DNA of 64,000 bases from positions 341,200 through 405,199 of the forward strand of contig JAMCRP010000001.1 of NCBI GenBank assembly GCA_023380635.1. Reading direction: 5' to 3'. This document shows, in pieces, positions 1 through 10,378 of this stretch. The notes under the pieces were generated by a model. The model did no database searches, was not told where the DNA came from, and saw only the letters and a list, made by a program, of their open reading frames with translations. Source of the DNA: Patescibacteria group bacterium (GTDB lineage: Bacteria > Patescibacteriota > Microgenomatia > JAMCZE01). A program made the translations under genes and the position numbers. Position 1 is the first letter of the stretch, and each line of letters begins with the position of its first letter.

Positions 1-714
<714 letters not shown>

Positions 715-1026
715 TTATTTTACTATTGCTAGTATATTTTCCTGTTTCAAGAGAATCCAGTCTTCAAAACCAATTTTGATTTCGTCGCCACCCCATTTTT
801 TATAAAGAACTGTGTCTCCGACTTTAACCTGCATAGCAACAAATTTTCCATTTTCGTCAGTGGTACCTGGCCCAACCGCAACAACTTCAGCCATCTGAGG
901 TTTCTCTTGGGCTGTTTCTGGAAGGTAGATACCAGAAGCAGTTTTCTCTTCCGGGCGAAGAGGTTTAACTAAAACATTATCAAATAGTGGCTGGATATTT
1001 TGCTTGTTTTTGTTTGCTTTTGCCAT
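715..1026 (-). CDS. groES: Co-chaperonin GroES (10 kDa chaperonin)
   Basis: 103-aa product beginning MAKANKNKQNIQPLFDNVLVKPL, with a mobile-loop and beta-barrel pattern typical of GroES. Directly precedes groEL. Confidence 0.93.
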   Translation of the reverse strand: MAKANKNKQNIQPLFDNVLVKPLRPEEKTASGIYLPETAQEKPQMAEVVAVGPGTTDENGKFVAMQVKVGDTVLYKKWGGDEIKIGFEDWILLKQENILAIVK

Positions 1027-1032
1027 AGAAAA

Positions 1033-1059
1033 TTAGCAATCAAGTCTTATGAGTGCGAT
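1033..1059 (-). promoter_or_regulatory. CIRCE-like HrcA operator upstream of groES
   Basis: The + strand reads ttagcaatc-N9-gagtgcgat against the CIRCE consensus TTAGCACTC-N9-GAGTGCTAA. A TTGACA (rc of 1081-1086) lies upstream on the minus strand. Confidence 0.6.
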
Positions 1060-1115
1060 TGTAAAAAAGTTAATCCTCCTTGTCAAGACCTCGAAAAATA
1101 TTCTAGCATGGTTAA

Positions 1116-1820
1116 GTGACCAAATTTGCTGCCTCACTGGCCGTTTTTCTTCTTTTGGTTCTCACCGTTAAGCTCATTCCCCTGCATTTCGGCGCGACGG
1201 CTGCTAATAATAGTATTCTCAGTCCGAAAAGCTCACAGGCTCCGACTGACGAAACGGGCAACCGGCAAATTCCAGCGGAACAAAAAATTTTAGGCGACGC
1301 CGCAAACAAAACGTGCCACGGTTTTAATGATCTGGATATTTTAGTAGATAAATTCCATGGCTTGCCGGCTGACTACGCTCCAGCAGATTTAACGGAAGTT
1401 GAAGGTTTTCCGGTCCGGGCCGAAGCAGCAACTTATTTAACTAATTTGCTTGCGGCCATGCGCCGAAGGGGACTGGATATTACCATTGACTCTACCTATC
1501 GCACCTATAGCCAGCAAAAGACCATTTATGATCAGAGGCACCGGGGAAATTTAACCGCCGCTCCGGCTGGGTACTCCGAACACCAGCTGGGCACCGCGGT
1601 CGATTTTAATATTCTTTATCCCTCCGCCGCCTGGACCTGGCTGGACCAAAACGCCCAAAAATTCGGGTTTGTCATGTCCTACCGCTCTAACCAAATAACG
1701 CGCAGCGGCTACACTTTCGAACCCTGGCACTGGCGCTATGTGGGCGTCGATCTGGCCACAAAAATCCGTTATTCGTCGGCAATCCCTCAAAGTTTTTACC
1801 AACCTCTCGGCTGCCGATAA
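1116..1820 (+). CDS. D-alanyl-D-alanine carboxypeptidase / peptidase M15 (VanY-like) with N-terminal signal/TM
   Basis: M15 zinc-peptidase motifs are present: YRTYSQQ, SEHQLGTAVDF, EPWHWRY. The N-terminus is hydrophobic. Confidence 0.8.
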   Translation: MTKFAASLAVFLLLVLTVKLIPLHFGATAANNSILSPKSSQAPTDETGNRQIPAEQKILGDAANKTCHGFNDLDILVDKFHGLPADYAPADLTEVEGFPVRAEAATYLTNLLAAMRRRGLDITIDSTYRTYSQQKTIYDQRHRGNLTAAPAGYSEHQLGTAVDFNILYPSAAWTWLDQNAQKFGFVMSYRSNQITRSGYTFEPWHWRYVGVDLATKIRYSSAIPQSFYQPLGCR

Positions 1821-1825
1821 TCCCT

Positions 1826-1863
1826 ATTGACAAGAGTTAGCACTCATGGTATCTTAGTGCCAA
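1826..1863 (+). promoter_or_regulatory. Putative hrcA promoter (TTGACA-N17-TATCTT) with an overlapping CIRCE-like inverted repeat
   Basis: The sequence is ttgaca-agagTTAGCACTCatggtatctTAGTGCCAA. The left arm matches the CIRCE consensus perfectly; the right arm is degenerate. It sits ~75 nt upstream of the hrcA ATG. Confidence 0.55.
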
Positions 1864-1939
1864 TCTTGTTCACTGGTAGCTAGAGACTAGTTTCTAGTCA
1901 GAAAAACTAGCATCCAGTTTCCAGTAACCAGTATCCAGA

Positions 1940-2671
1940 ATGGAAGATTTGACTTCAAGACAAATTAAAATCCTCAAGCACATTATTGAGGAATACATCG
2001 AAACCGCCGAACCGGTGGGTTCGGAAAAGCTGGACAAAAAATTCGCCCTCGGTGTCTCCCCTGCCACTTTAAGAAACGAAATGGCCGCTTTAACGGACAA
2101 AGGTTATCTCAAACAGATCCATACCAGCGCCGGCCGCACTCCCACCCCCAAAGCCTTGCGTCTTTATGTTGCCAACTTAATGCAGCCTAAAAATCTTTCC
2201 GTTACCGACGAAGTCAAAATTAAGGAGAAGGTTATGGACTATAAAACCCAGTTTGAAAAAGCTTTGCGCGAAGCCACCCGGGAATTGGCTGCCACCACCC
2301 AATCTTTGGCCGTCGCGGCAGATTCTGACGGGGATATTTATTATTCTGGCACCGCCAACATTTTGGACATGCCGGAATTTTTTGATATCGATTTAACCCG
2401 CAACGTTTTGTCTCTGTTAGATCATTTTGATTATCTCAACAAGATTTTCGGCCAGGCTAATGACGATTCCGGCAAGATCACCCATGTCCTCTTGGGCGAA
2501 GATCTGGGCTCGGACTATCTCTCGTCCTGCGCTGTAGTTTTTCAGCACTTCGGGACTCCGGATAAACATCACGGCGCGATCGGCGTCGTCGGGCCTTACC
2601 GGCTCAATTATCCGCGGCTGGTCCCGGCCGTGAATTATTTTGGGGATTTACTTAATCAGTTGCTGGGATAA
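1940..2671 (+). CDS. hrcA: Heat-inducible transcription repressor HrcA (short form)
   Basis: The N-terminal wHTH begins LTSRQIKILKHIIEEYIETAEPVGSEKL. It is the first gene of an hrcA-grpE-dnaK-dnaJ arrangement. Confidence 0.85.
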   Translation: MEDLTSRQIKILKHIIEEYIETAEPVGSEKLDKKFALGVSPATLRNEMAALTDKGYLKQIHTSAGRTPTPKALRLYVANLMQPKNLSVTDEVKIKEKVMDYKTQFEKALREATRELAATTQSLAVAADSDGDIYYSGTANILDMPEFFDIDLTRNVLSLLDHFDYLNKIFGQANDDSGKITHVLLGEDLGSDYLSSCAVVFQHFGTPDKHHGAIGVVGPYRLNYPRLVPAVNYFGDLLNQLLG

Positions 2672-2674
2672 TTT

Positions 2675-3160
2675 ATGACCAAGGCTCAGGATCATAATCT
2701 GGAAAAAAAGATTGAAGAATTGGAAGCTCAGGTGGCGGAACTAAATAATAAGTATTTGCGTTCCCTGGCCGATTATCAAAATCTGGAAAAACAAACCCAG
2801 ACCTGGCGGGATGAATTTATCAAGTTTGCCAATCAGGGGTTAATCATAAAATTACTGGAAATTGTTGATGACTTGGAAAAAGCCCAGGAACATCTTCAGG
2901 ATGAAGGCCTGAAAATTATTATTGACAAAATGAAGACCATTTTTAAAAATAATGGATTAGAGGAAATTGAGGTTGCCGGGCAGGAATTCAACCCGGCGGA
3001 CATGGAAGCAGTTCAGGTTGAACCCGGAGAGGAAGACCACCAAGTTACCAGGATCTTACAAAAAGGGTATAAACTAAACGGGAAAATTATTCGGCCGGCA
3101 AAAGTGGTCGTCAGCACCACCACCCCAAGCAATAGCGAGGGGTCCCATAGCGATAGTTAG
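2675..3160 (+). CDS. grpE: Nucleotide exchange factor GrpE
   Basis: Coiled-coil N-terminus with the LRSLADYQNLEKQ motif and a C-terminal beta-domain. Lies between hrcA and dnaK. Confidence 0.88.
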   Translation: MTKAQDHNLEKKIEELEAQVAELNNKYLRSLADYQNLEKQTQTWRDEFIKFANQGLIIKLLEIVDDLEKAQEHLQDEGLKIIIDKMKTIFKNNGLEEIEVAGQEFNPADMEAVQVEPGEEDHQVTRILQKGYKLNGKIIRPAKVVVSTTTPSNSEGSHSDS

Positions 3161-3184
3161 TTATTTATTTAATTTTTAAAAAAT

Positions 3185-5092
3185 ATGGCCAAAATAATCG
3201 GCATCGATTTAGGTACCACTAACAGTTGCGTTGCAGTCATGGAAGGCGGCGCCCCAAAAGTTATTTATAGCGCTGAAGGCCGCAATGTCATCCCTTCTGT
3301 GGTCGATCCGATTACTCATGTCGTCGGCGATGTCGCCAAACGGCAGATGGTCCTTAAACCCAAAGAAACTATCTTTTCCATAAAGCGGCTTATGGGCCGT
3401 AAGTTTTCCGACCAGTCAGTGCAATATGATATTAAATGGTTGCCATACACGATTAAAGCCGGCCGGGACGACATGGCTGATGTGGAGGTTGGAGGCCGAA
3501 CCTTTACCCCGCAGGAAATTTCCGCCATGATCCTCCAGAAAATTAAAGCAGACGCCGAAAGCTATCTGGGCGGCAAAGTTACCCAGGCGGTGATTACCGT
3601 CCCCGCGTATTTTGACGATTCCCAGCGCCAGGCAACCAAACAAGCCGGGGAAATTGCCGGGCTGGAAGTGTTGCGGATTATTAACGAGCCGACGGCCGCG
3701 GCTTTGGCCTATGGCCTGGATAAGAAAAACGCCCACACTATTGCCGTTTATGACCTGGGCGGCGGCACTTTTGACATTTCCATCCTGGAGCTAGGTGAAG
3801 GAGTGTATGAAGTAAAGTCCACTAATGGCGACACTCATCTGGGCGGCGATGACTTCGACAAAAAGATTCTCGACTACATCGCCGACGAGTTTAAGAAAGA
3901 AAACCAGATCGATCTGCGTAAAGATCCGCAGGCCCTGCAAAGATTACGCGAGGCGGCGGAAAAAGCCAAGATCGAACTGTCTTCAGCCACCGAAGTGGAA
4001 ATTAATCAGCCCTTTATTACTCAGGGACCAAACGGCCCCCTGCATCTGACCATGAAACTGACCCGGGCTAAACTGGAACAGGTAGTTGATGACCTGATCC
4101 AAAAATCCCTGGAACCGGTCAAAAAAGCCCTCGCCGATGCCAATAAAAAAGTCGGCGACATTGACGAAGTGGTGCTGGTCGGCGGGATGACCCGCATGCC
4201 CAAAGTCGTCGAAGTGGTGTCGAAGTTCTTCGGCAAAGAACCAAACAAGAGTGTTAATCCGGACGAAGTCGTGGCCGTGGGAGCGGCGGTTCAGGGTGGA
4301 GTTCTTGGCGGCGAGGTCAAAGATGTCCTGTTACTGGATGTTACCCCGCTGACGCTGGGTATCGAGACGCTGGGCGGAGTCTCTACCCCGCTAATTGCCA
4401 GAAACACAACGATTCCGTCGTCCAAATCGCAGATTTTCAGCACGGCCGCGGACAACCAGACCCAGGTGGAAATTAATGTCCTCCAGGGTGAACGGCCGAT
4501 GGCCGCGGATAATAAATCCCTGGGGCGATTTGTCCTTGACGGGATTCCCCCGGCACCAAGAGGAGTGCCTCAAGTCGAGGTCACCTTCGATATTGATGCG
4601 AGCGGAATCCTCTCGGTCAAGGCCAAAGACAAGGCCACGGGTAAAGAGCAAAGCATCAAGATCACCGGTTCCACGGGTCTGTCCAAAGACGAAGTGGAAA
4701 AGATGACCAAAGAGGCGGAAATGCATGCTTCGGAGGACCAAAAGAAAAAAGAAGGCATTGAGGCGAAAAATAATGCCGACAGTCTGGTCTTTACCGCTGA
4801 AAAGACTCTCAAAGATGCCGGCGACAAAGTTCCGGCCGAGGTCAAAAAAGAGGTAGAAGACAAGATTACCGCCGTCAAAGAAGCCATGAAAGGCGAAGAT
4901 TTGGCCGCCATTAAGACCAAAGCCGATGACTTATCGCAATCCCTCCAGAAAATTGGCCAGGCAATGTACCAATCACAGCAGTCCGCCCAAGGCGGACCCG
5001 CCTCAGGCGGCCAGGCCGGACCGGATAGTCAGGAACAGCCAAAAGAAGAACCCAAGAAAGGCGGGACAGTAGAGGGAGAGGTTGTAGAGTAA
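3185..5092 (+). CDS. dnaK: Chaperone DnaK (Hsp70)
   Basis: Starts [14 protein letters not shown] and contains DLGGGTFD and the other Hsp70 signatures; 635 aa. Confidence 0.97.
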   Translation: MAKIIGIDLGTTNSCVAVMEGGAPKVIYSAEGRNVIPSVVDPITHVVGDVAKRQMVLKPKETIFSIKRLMGRKFSDQSVQYDIKWLPYTIKAGRDDMADVEVGGRTFTPQEISAMILQKIKADAESYLGGKVTQAVITVPAYFDDSQRQATKQAGEIAGLEVLRIINEPTAAALAYGLDKKNAHTIAVYDLGGGTFDISILELGEGVYEVKSTNGDTHLGGDDFDKKILDYIADEFKKENQIDLRKDPQALQRLREAAEKAKIELSSATEVEINQPFITQGPNGPLHLTMKLTRAKLEQVVDDLIQKSLEPVKKALADANKKVGDIDEVVLVGGMTRMPKVVEVVSKFFGKEPNKSVNPDEVVAVGAAVQGGVLGGEVKDVLLLDVTPLTLGIETLGGVSTPLIARNTTIPSSKSQIFSTAADNQTQVEINVLQGERPMAADNKSLGRFVLDGIPPAPRGVPQVEVTFDIDASGILSVKAKDKATGKEQSIKITGSTGLSKDEVEKMTKEAEMHASEDQKKKEGIEAKNNADSLVFTAEKTLKDAGDKVPAEVKKEVEDKITAVKEAMKGEDLAAIKTKADDLSQSLQKIGQAMYQSQQSAQGGPASGGQAGPDSQEQPKEEPKKGGTVEGEVVE

Positions 5093-5111
5093 TCACGAAT
5101 ATACGAATTCT

Positions 5112-5160
5112 AGACAAATATACTAATATACGAATTAATTCGTAGATTTGTATATTACTT
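5112..5160. promoter_or_regulatory. Long imperfect palindrome centred on ACGAATTAATTCGT in the dnaK-dnaJ spacer (RNA stem-loop or operator), flanked by short direct repeats
   Basis: About 20-bp arms around gaattaattc with 2-3 mismatches. Direct repeats aatatacgaatt x2 (5099-5110, 5133-5144) and gatttgtatatta x2 (5152-5183) flank it. Confidence 0.4.
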
Positions 5161-5191
5161 TTGATTTGTATATTAGTGATTACTCTTTTTT

Positions 5192-6100
5192 ATGGCAGAT
5201 AAAGATTTTTACCAGACTTTAGGAGTTTCCAAAAACGCCACGGACGCGGAGATTAAAGCCGCTTACCGCAAAGCGGCTCTGCAATGGCATCCGGACCGTA
5301 ATAAAGCCCCGGAAGCCAGCGAGAAATTTAAAGAGGTGAACGAAGCGTACGAGGTTTTGTCGAATCCTCAAAAACGCCAAACCTATGATCAGTTTGGATC
5401 AGCTGCTTTTCAACAAGGCCAAGGCTTCCAAGGTAATCCCTTTGCCGGAGGTTTTGGTGGACAGGGCCAGCAAGGACCATTTACCTATTCGTATCGAACT
5501 TACGGCGGCAACGCCGGGGAAAATCCCTTTGAAGGCGCGTTTGGTGGCGGCTTTTCCGATCCGTTTGAGATTTTTGAACAGTTTTTCGGCGGCGGTTTCA
5601 CCGGGGGTCCCAGACGCCAAAGACGGCCGGCCTATCAATTGGAAATTTCTTTCATGGATGCCGTCAAAGGCGCGGAAAAACAGATTGAAATCAACGGCAA
5701 AGAAATGAAAATTAAAATCCCGGCTGGTGTCGATGAAGGCACCCGGGTCCGCTTTGGCAATTTCGATATTGTCTTATCTGTCAGACCAGATAAAACTTTC
5801 CAACGCGAAGGACCAAATATCTATGTTACGTCCGAAATTGATTATCCCAGCGCCGTTCTAGGGACGACTTTAGAGGTCCCGACTATTGATGGTCCGGTGA
5901 CTATTAAAGTACCGGCAGGAACACAACCGGATACCATGATTCGATTACGCGGCCGAGGCGTAAAGCTGCCAAACAGCAGCCATGTCGGTGACGAATATGT
6001 CCGCGTCAAAGTCAAAATCCCCTCTCGAGTTTCTTCCGAACAGCGCGATCTTCTCGAAGAACTGCGCAAATCCTCTAAAAAAAGAAGCGGGTGGTTTTAA
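5192..6100 (+). CDS. dnaJ: DnaJ-family co-chaperone, type II / CbpA-like (J-domain plus G/F-rich region, no CxxCxGxG zinc finger)
   Basis: J-domain YYQTLGVSKNATDAEIKAAYRKAALQWHPDRN with HPD, then a Gly/Phe-rich linker. No Cys repeats are present. Confidence 0.85.
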   Translation: MADKDFYQTLGVSKNATDAEIKAAYRKAALQWHPDRNKAPEASEKFKEVNEAYEVLSNPQKRQTYDQFGSAAFQQGQGFQGNPFAGGFGGQGQQGPFTYSYRTYGGNAGENPFEGAFGGGFSDPFEIFEQFFGGGFTGGPRRQRRPAYQLEISFMDAVKGAEKQIEINGKEMKIKIPAGVDEGTRVRFGNFDIVLSVRPDKTFQREGPNIYVTSEIDYPSAVLGTTLEVPTIDGPVTIKVPAGTQPDTMIRLRGRGVKLPNSSHVGDEYVRVKVKIPSRVSSEQRDLLEELRKSSKKRSGWF

Positions 6101-6104
6101 AGAA

Positions 6105-6135
6105 CAAGATTATCAAAAACGTTAATAATAACGTT
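6105..6135. terminator. AT-rich hairpin (aacgtta-ataa-taacgtt) between convergent dnaJ and the ORF at 6147-6506; possible bidirectional terminator
   Basis: A 7-bp inverted repeat seen directly in the convergent intergenic region. The stem is weak and there is no long U-tract. Confidence 0.3.
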
Positions 6136-6146
6136 ATTCGCGGGAG

Positions 6147-6506
6147 TTAGAATTGGCGGTTGAGAAAATCGGGGTTGAAAAGTTTAACTCGAGTTGACGG
6201 GCCGTCATAATTCACTGCCGATCCCGGCATTCCCGGAACCTCAAAAGCCCCCGTCTTTTCGGTAACATCATAATAACTTCCGCAGTAATTTACCGTTGCT
6301 CTATTCATAGATCCATAATCAGACCGATCTTTAATGGTCATCTCTTTTCTTAGGCCTCTAAATCTTATGTAAGCAAAATGGTTATCCCCGATTTCTACTA
6401 TACTTTTACCGATTCTTTTCGGCCTGACACCGTCCTTACCTCCGACACAAACATCAATCGGATGGCCTTCCGGCGCTCGGAACCTTGTTGTCATGTCGGG
6501 AATCAT
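6147..6506 (-). CDS. Hypothetical 119-aa protein (orphan, opposite strand to its neighbours)
   Basis: Intact ORF with AAGGAG 11 nt upstream of the ATG. No family recognised from the sequence. Confidence 0.45.
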   Translation of the reverse strand: MIPDMTTRFRAPEGHPIDVCVGGKDGVRPKRIGKSIVEIGDNHFAYIRFRGLRKEMTIKDRSDYGSMNRATVNYCGSYYDVTEKTGAFEVPGMPGSAVNYDGPSTRVKLFNPDFLNRQF

Positions 6507-6525
6507 ACCACAATCCGCCCACTCC

Positions 6526-6555
6526 TTGACGCGATGGTTTTACTAGTGTTACAAT
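6526..6555 (+). promoter_or_regulatory. Candidate sigma70-type promoter for nusA (TTGACG-N18-TACAAT)
   Basis: Hexamers seen ~60 nt upstream of the nusA ATG. Confidence 0.35.
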
Positions 6556-6616
6556 AAATCCAAGTTAGGTAGGAATTGCAGGTGGGAGAAATCCCGCCTT
6601 TTATTTTGATAAATTT

Positions 6617-7717
6617 ATGCCGGCACAAGTCCGATCAGAATTTGCTTTAGCTTTAAACCAAGTCGCTTCCGAGCGCAATATCTCGGTGGAGACGATTTTG
6701 GCTAACATTGAAGAAGCGATGCTTATGGCCTATCGCAAAGACCGGGCTATGTATGGCGAGGTCGTGGAAGTGGAACAGTTTGTCGCGTCCGTCGATTCGA
6801 ACACCGGCGAAGCCAGAATTTACCGTAAGAAAGAAGACGGCTCCCGGGGCGAAGATGTCACTCCACCGGGTTTTGGCCGGATTGCCGCCCAAACTGCTGG
6901 TCAAGTTCTCCGCCAAAAAATCCGCGAAGCGGAGAAAAAGGCTGTGATTGAAGATTTTTCGCAGCGAATCGGGACCGCTGTTTCCGGAATGGTGCTGCGC
7001 TTTGACGGACCAAATATTATTATCGATATCGGCCGGGCAGAGGCCGTCATGCCGCCTGCTGAACAAAATCCGGCGGAACACTATCGCTTAAACCAGAGAC
7101 TCATTTTTTACATTAAAGAAATCCGCGAATCGGCCCGGGGCCAGGAAGTGGTCGTTTCCCGCGCTTCCGAGAACCTGGTCGTTGAACTTTTCCGCAAGGA
7201 AGTGCCGGAATTCCAATCGGGCGCTGTCATAATTAAACTGATCGCCCGCGAAGCCGGCGGCCGCACCAAACTGGCCGTCGCCTCCACCCAATCCGGGGTT
7301 GATCCGGTCGGCGCGTCAGTCGGTCAAAAAGGCGTCCGGGTTCAGGCCGTCATTAACGAACTGGGCGGCAATGAAAAAGTGGATGTTATTCAATACACGG
7401 AAGATACTGCTGCTTTAATTGCTGCTGCTTTGGCTCCGGCCAAAGATATTGAAGTCATCTTAAACCAGGAAGAAAAAACGGCCATTGCCCTGGTCCCCGA
7501 CGATCAGTTATCTCTGGCCATTGGCCGGGAAGGCCAAAATGTCCGCTTGGCCGCCAAACTTCTGGGTGAATGGAAAATTGATATTAAAGGAAAAGCTGAG
7601 TATGCAAAGAAAGATGAAGTAAAAGCCGAAGGGACAAAAGACGAAGAAAAAAGAGAAGAGAAAAAAGCGGAAGTCGAGCAAAGCGCGAAAAGCGAGAATC
7701 AAAATGCAGCCGAGTAA
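6617..7717 (+). CDS. nusA: Transcription termination/antitermination factor NusA
   Basis: N-terminal domain, S1 and tandem KH domains, and a C-terminal acidic/lysine-rich tail. Immediately followed by infB. Confidence 0.92.
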   Translation: MPAQVRSEFALALNQVASERNISVETILANIEEAMLMAYRKDRAMYGEVVEVEQFVASVDSNTGEARIYRKKEDGSRGEDVTPPGFGRIAAQTAGQVLRQKIREAEKKAVIEDFSQRIGTAVSGMVLRFDGPNIIIDIGRAEAVMPPAEQNPAEHYRLNQRLIFYIKEIRESARGQEVVVSRASENLVVELFRKEVPEFQSGAVIIKLIAREAGGRTKLAVASTQSGVDPVGASVGQKGVRVQAVINELGGNEKVDVIQYTEDTAALIAAALAPAKDIEVILNQEEKTAIALVPDDQLSLAIGREGQNVRLAAKLLGEWKIDIKGKAEYAKKDEVKAEGTKDEEKREEKKAEVEQSAKSENQNAAE

Positions 7718-7729
7718 CGCCCAATTTCT

Positions 7730-9112
7730 ATGCAATCACGACCACCCATTATTGTCGTCCTGGGTCATGTTGATCACGGCAAAACTACCCTTCTGGATGC
7801 GATCCGCAGTGCAGATGTAGCTTCAAAAGAATACGGCGGAATTACTCAGGGCATCGGAGCATATCAGGTAGAAACTCCCGACGGAAAAAAACTTACCTTT
7901 ATTGATACTCCCGGCCATGAAGCCTTTTCCCAAATGCGTTCGCGCGGAGCCAATGTTGCCGATATCGCGATTTTAGTCGTGGCCGCTAACGATTCTGTCA
8001 TGCCGCAAACTGCCGAAAGCATCAAAATTATCCAGGCTGCTAAAATTCCCTACATCGTGGCTATTAACAAAATTGATTTGCCCGAAGCCAATTTTGACAA
8101 AGTCGTTAAAGATTTATTGCGCCATAACGTTCTTCTGGAAACTTACGGCGGCAGCGTACCCTTTATTAAAATTTCCGCCAAGAAAAAAGAAGGCATTAAA
8201 GAACTTCTGGACTTAATCGGCTTAGTCGCGGATATTGCCGAGATAAAAAGCGACCCTAACGGTCCGTTGGAATTTGCCGTAATTGAGTCAAAACTGGACA
8301 AAAACCGCGGACCGGTGGCGACACTGGTTATCCGAAGCGGCTCCCTGAAAGTCGGCCAGGAAATTACGATTGATAATCAGACCAGTAAAATCCGGGCGCT
8401 GATTGATTATCAGGGCAAAAATATTGCCGAAGCTGGGCCAGGCACACCGGTAGAAGTCTTAGGTTTACAGAAGGTCCCGCCGGTAGGTGCGGCCAAAGAA
8501 GCCAAACCTCAGGTTAAAGCGGAAGAAGGCGCGCTTAACTTGATTTTAAAAACGGATACTTTGGGTTCATTGGAAGCTCTCAGCGCCCAAATTCCGGCCA
8601 ATGTTAATGTTTTGCAGTCCGGAACCGGAGAAATCAGCGAGGCGGACGTTTTATTGGCCAAACCGACTAAAGCTATCATTCTTGGCTTTAATGTGAGGGT
8701 TGCTCCGGCTGCTACCAAGCTTGCCCAGACGGAAAAAGTCTTAGTGCGAACATACAAGATAATTTATGAACTTCTCGATGAGCTTAAAGACGCGGCGGCC
8801 GGGATGCTGGCGCCGGAAACAACAGAGGAAGTCTTGGGCACGGGAGAAATTATTGCCGAGTTTCCTTACGAAAAAATGCGCGTGGCCGGCACCAAAGTCA
8901 CTGACGGACGGGTGGCGCGAGGCGATTTGGTGCGGGTAACCCGCCGGGTTTCAGGAGAAAACACGGCTGTCGGCGAAAGCAAAATCAAATCCCTGCGAAC
9001 CGGCAAAGAAGAGACCAATAAGGTCGAAAAAGGTAAAGAGTGCGGGATTTTACTGGAGCCTCAAATTGACTTCCGGGCCGGAGATGATATAATGGCCTAT
9101 AGAATTGTATGA
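7730..9112 (+). CDS. infB: Translation initiation factor IF-2, compact 460-aa form starting at the G domain
   Basis: Begins [19 protein letters not shown], with DTPGHEAF and NKID motifs and IF-2 C1/C2 domains. No N-terminal extension. Confidence 0.92.
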   Translation: MQSRPPIIVVLGHVDHGKTTLLDAIRSADVASKEYGGITQGIGAYQVETPDGKKLTFIDTPGHEAFSQMRSRGANVADIAILVVAANDSVMPQTAESIKIIQAAKIPYIVAINKIDLPEANFDKVVKDLLRHNVLLETYGGSVPFIKISAKKKEGIKELLDLIGLVADIAEIKSDPNGPLEFAVIESKLDKNRGPVATLVIRSGSLKVGQEITIDNQTSKIRALIDYQGKNIAEAGPGTPVEVLGLQKVPPVGAAKEAKPQVKAEEGALNLILKTDTLGSLEALSAQIPANVNVLQSGTGEISEADVLLAKPTKAIILGFNVRVAPAATKLAQTEKVLVRTYKIIYELLDELKDAAAGMLAPETTEEVLGTGEIIAEFPYEKMRVAGTKVTDGRVARGDLVRVTRRVSGENTAVGESKIKSLRTGKEETNKVEKGKECGILLEPQIDFRAGDDIMAYRIV

Positions 9113-10026
9113 CCAACGAGGACCTGCAACAAATTCAAAATTTAGTCGCCGGCGCCCGCCGGGTGCTTATCTTAACCCACACCAACCCTTCCGTCGACAC
9201 CATGGCTTCTACTTTAGCTTTATATCTGGCAATGGCTAAAATGGGCAAAGACGTGACCGTGGCGATGGAATCTCAACCTCTGGTCGAGGTCGCCAATTTG
9301 GTGGGTATCGATCAAGTTAAAACCAGCCTGGCCGGAAAGAATCTGTTGTTAACTTATAAACCTTACAACCTGGGCGATTTTGAAAAAGTCACCTATCTGG
9401 AAGACCAGGGTCAGGCCGGAACCCTGGATGACGCTTTCAAACTGACAATTACTCCGCGCGAAGGTTACGCCCCGGATCCGAAGAATTTTACCTTTAGCTT
9501 TACCGGTGCTGCCGCCGATTTGATTTTTACCGTGGAAGTTTTGGAACCGACCCAGCTGGGTCAGCTTTATGACGCCAATTTGCTAGCTTCAACCCCGATT
9601 ATTAACATCGATAATCATGATCCGAACAAAGATTACGGCAAATTTAATCTGGTTGAACCGGACGCCGCTTCCATCTCGGAAATCGTGACCTTTTTCCTGC
9701 GGGCCGTGAATGCGCAGATCGACACCGACATCGCCGGGAATTTATATCAGGGTATTCGGGCTGCCACCCAAAATTTCCAGTCACCGAAAGTGGCGGCTGC
9801 CACCTTTGAAGCCGCGGCTATCTGCCTGAGAAGCGCTAAACCCAAAACTGCTCCTCAGCAGCCGGCTGTTCAACCAAATATGAACCAAGTCCCACCTACC
9901 CAGGCCAATCCAGTCCAACCACAAAATATACTAAATACTAATAATCAGCAACCAGCGTCCAGTAACCAGGGCGTTCCTTCCGACTGGCTCGGCCCCAAAT
10001 CTTACAAAGGCACTTCAGTTAGTTAG
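9109..10026 (+). CDS. DHH-family (NrnA-like) protein with degenerate catalytic motifs and a Q/P/N-rich C-terminal tail
   Basis: VLILTHTNPSVDTMAST sits where NrnA has HxxPDGDxxGS, and IDNHDP where DHH is expected. It occupies the usual nusA-infB-(rbfA/nrnA) slot. Confidence 0.55.
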   Translation: MTNEDLQQIQNLVAGARRVLILTHTNPSVDTMASTLALYLAMAKMGKDVTVAMESQPLVEVANLVGIDQVKTSLAGKNLLLTYKPYNLGDFEKVTYLEDQGQAGTLDDAFKLTITPREGYAPDPKNFTFSFTGAAADLIFTVEVLEPTQLGQLYDANLLASTPIINIDNHDPNKDYGKFNLVEPDAASISEIVTFFLRAVNAQIDTDIAGNLYQGIRAATQNFQSPKVAAATFEAAAICLRSAKPKTAPQQPAVQPNMNQVPPTQANPVQPQNILNTNNQQPASSNQGVPSDWLGPKSYKGTSVS

Positions 10027-10035
10027 AAGCGCTTC

Positions 10036-10064
10036 TGGACAAGAAAATTAAGATAAGGTAAAAT
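10036..10064 (+). promoter_or_regulatory. Candidate rpsO promoter (TGGACA-N17-TAAAAT) giving a very short or leaderless transcript
   Basis: The hexamers end ~6 nt before the rpsO ATG. Confidence 0.35.
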
Positions 10065-10070
10065 ACAGAT

Positions 10071-10340
10071 ATGGCTTTACAGCTTGACGACAAGAAAAAG
10101 ATTATCGAGAAATTCTCGCAGGGCAAAGGCGATACCGGTTCTCCGGAAGTCCAGGTGGCCCTTTTAACTCAGAGAATTCAAAATCTTACGGAACATCTCA
10201 AAAAGCACAGCCACGATGTCCATTCGCGCCGGGGCCTTTTGACTATTGTGTCCAAGCGGCGCCGTCTGTTAAACTACCTCTCGAAGAAAGCAAACGATAG
10301 ATACACCAAAATCGTGGCTGCATTAGAGTTGACGAAGTAA
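10071..10340 (+). CDS. rpsO: 30S ribosomal protein S15
   Basis: 89 aa; [19 protein letters not shown] is a signature S15 sequence. Upstream of pnp as in most bacteria. Confidence 0.95.
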   Translation: MALQLDDKKKIIEKFSQGKGDTGSPEVQVALLTQRIQNLTEHLKKHSHDVHSRRGLLTIVSKRRRLLNYLSKKANDRYTKIVAALELTK

Positions 10341-10378
10341 AAGAATTTTTCTTCTTCTTTGTCCACGAATAGAACTGA

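Noticed and set aside
3316-5117. Multiple 60-116-aa ORFs on both strands inside dnaK (e.g. 3416..3736 -, 4391..4741 -, 4570..4920 -)
   Set aside because: All lie within or antisense to the DnaK reading frame. Their Arg/Ser/Pro-rich products are characteristic of out-of-frame translation of a GC-rich gene.
10021-10033. AGAAGCGCTTCT perfect palindrome after the DHH gene as a terminator
   Set aside because: The loop would be at most 2-4 nt with a 4-5-bp stem and no U-tract. This is too weak to call.
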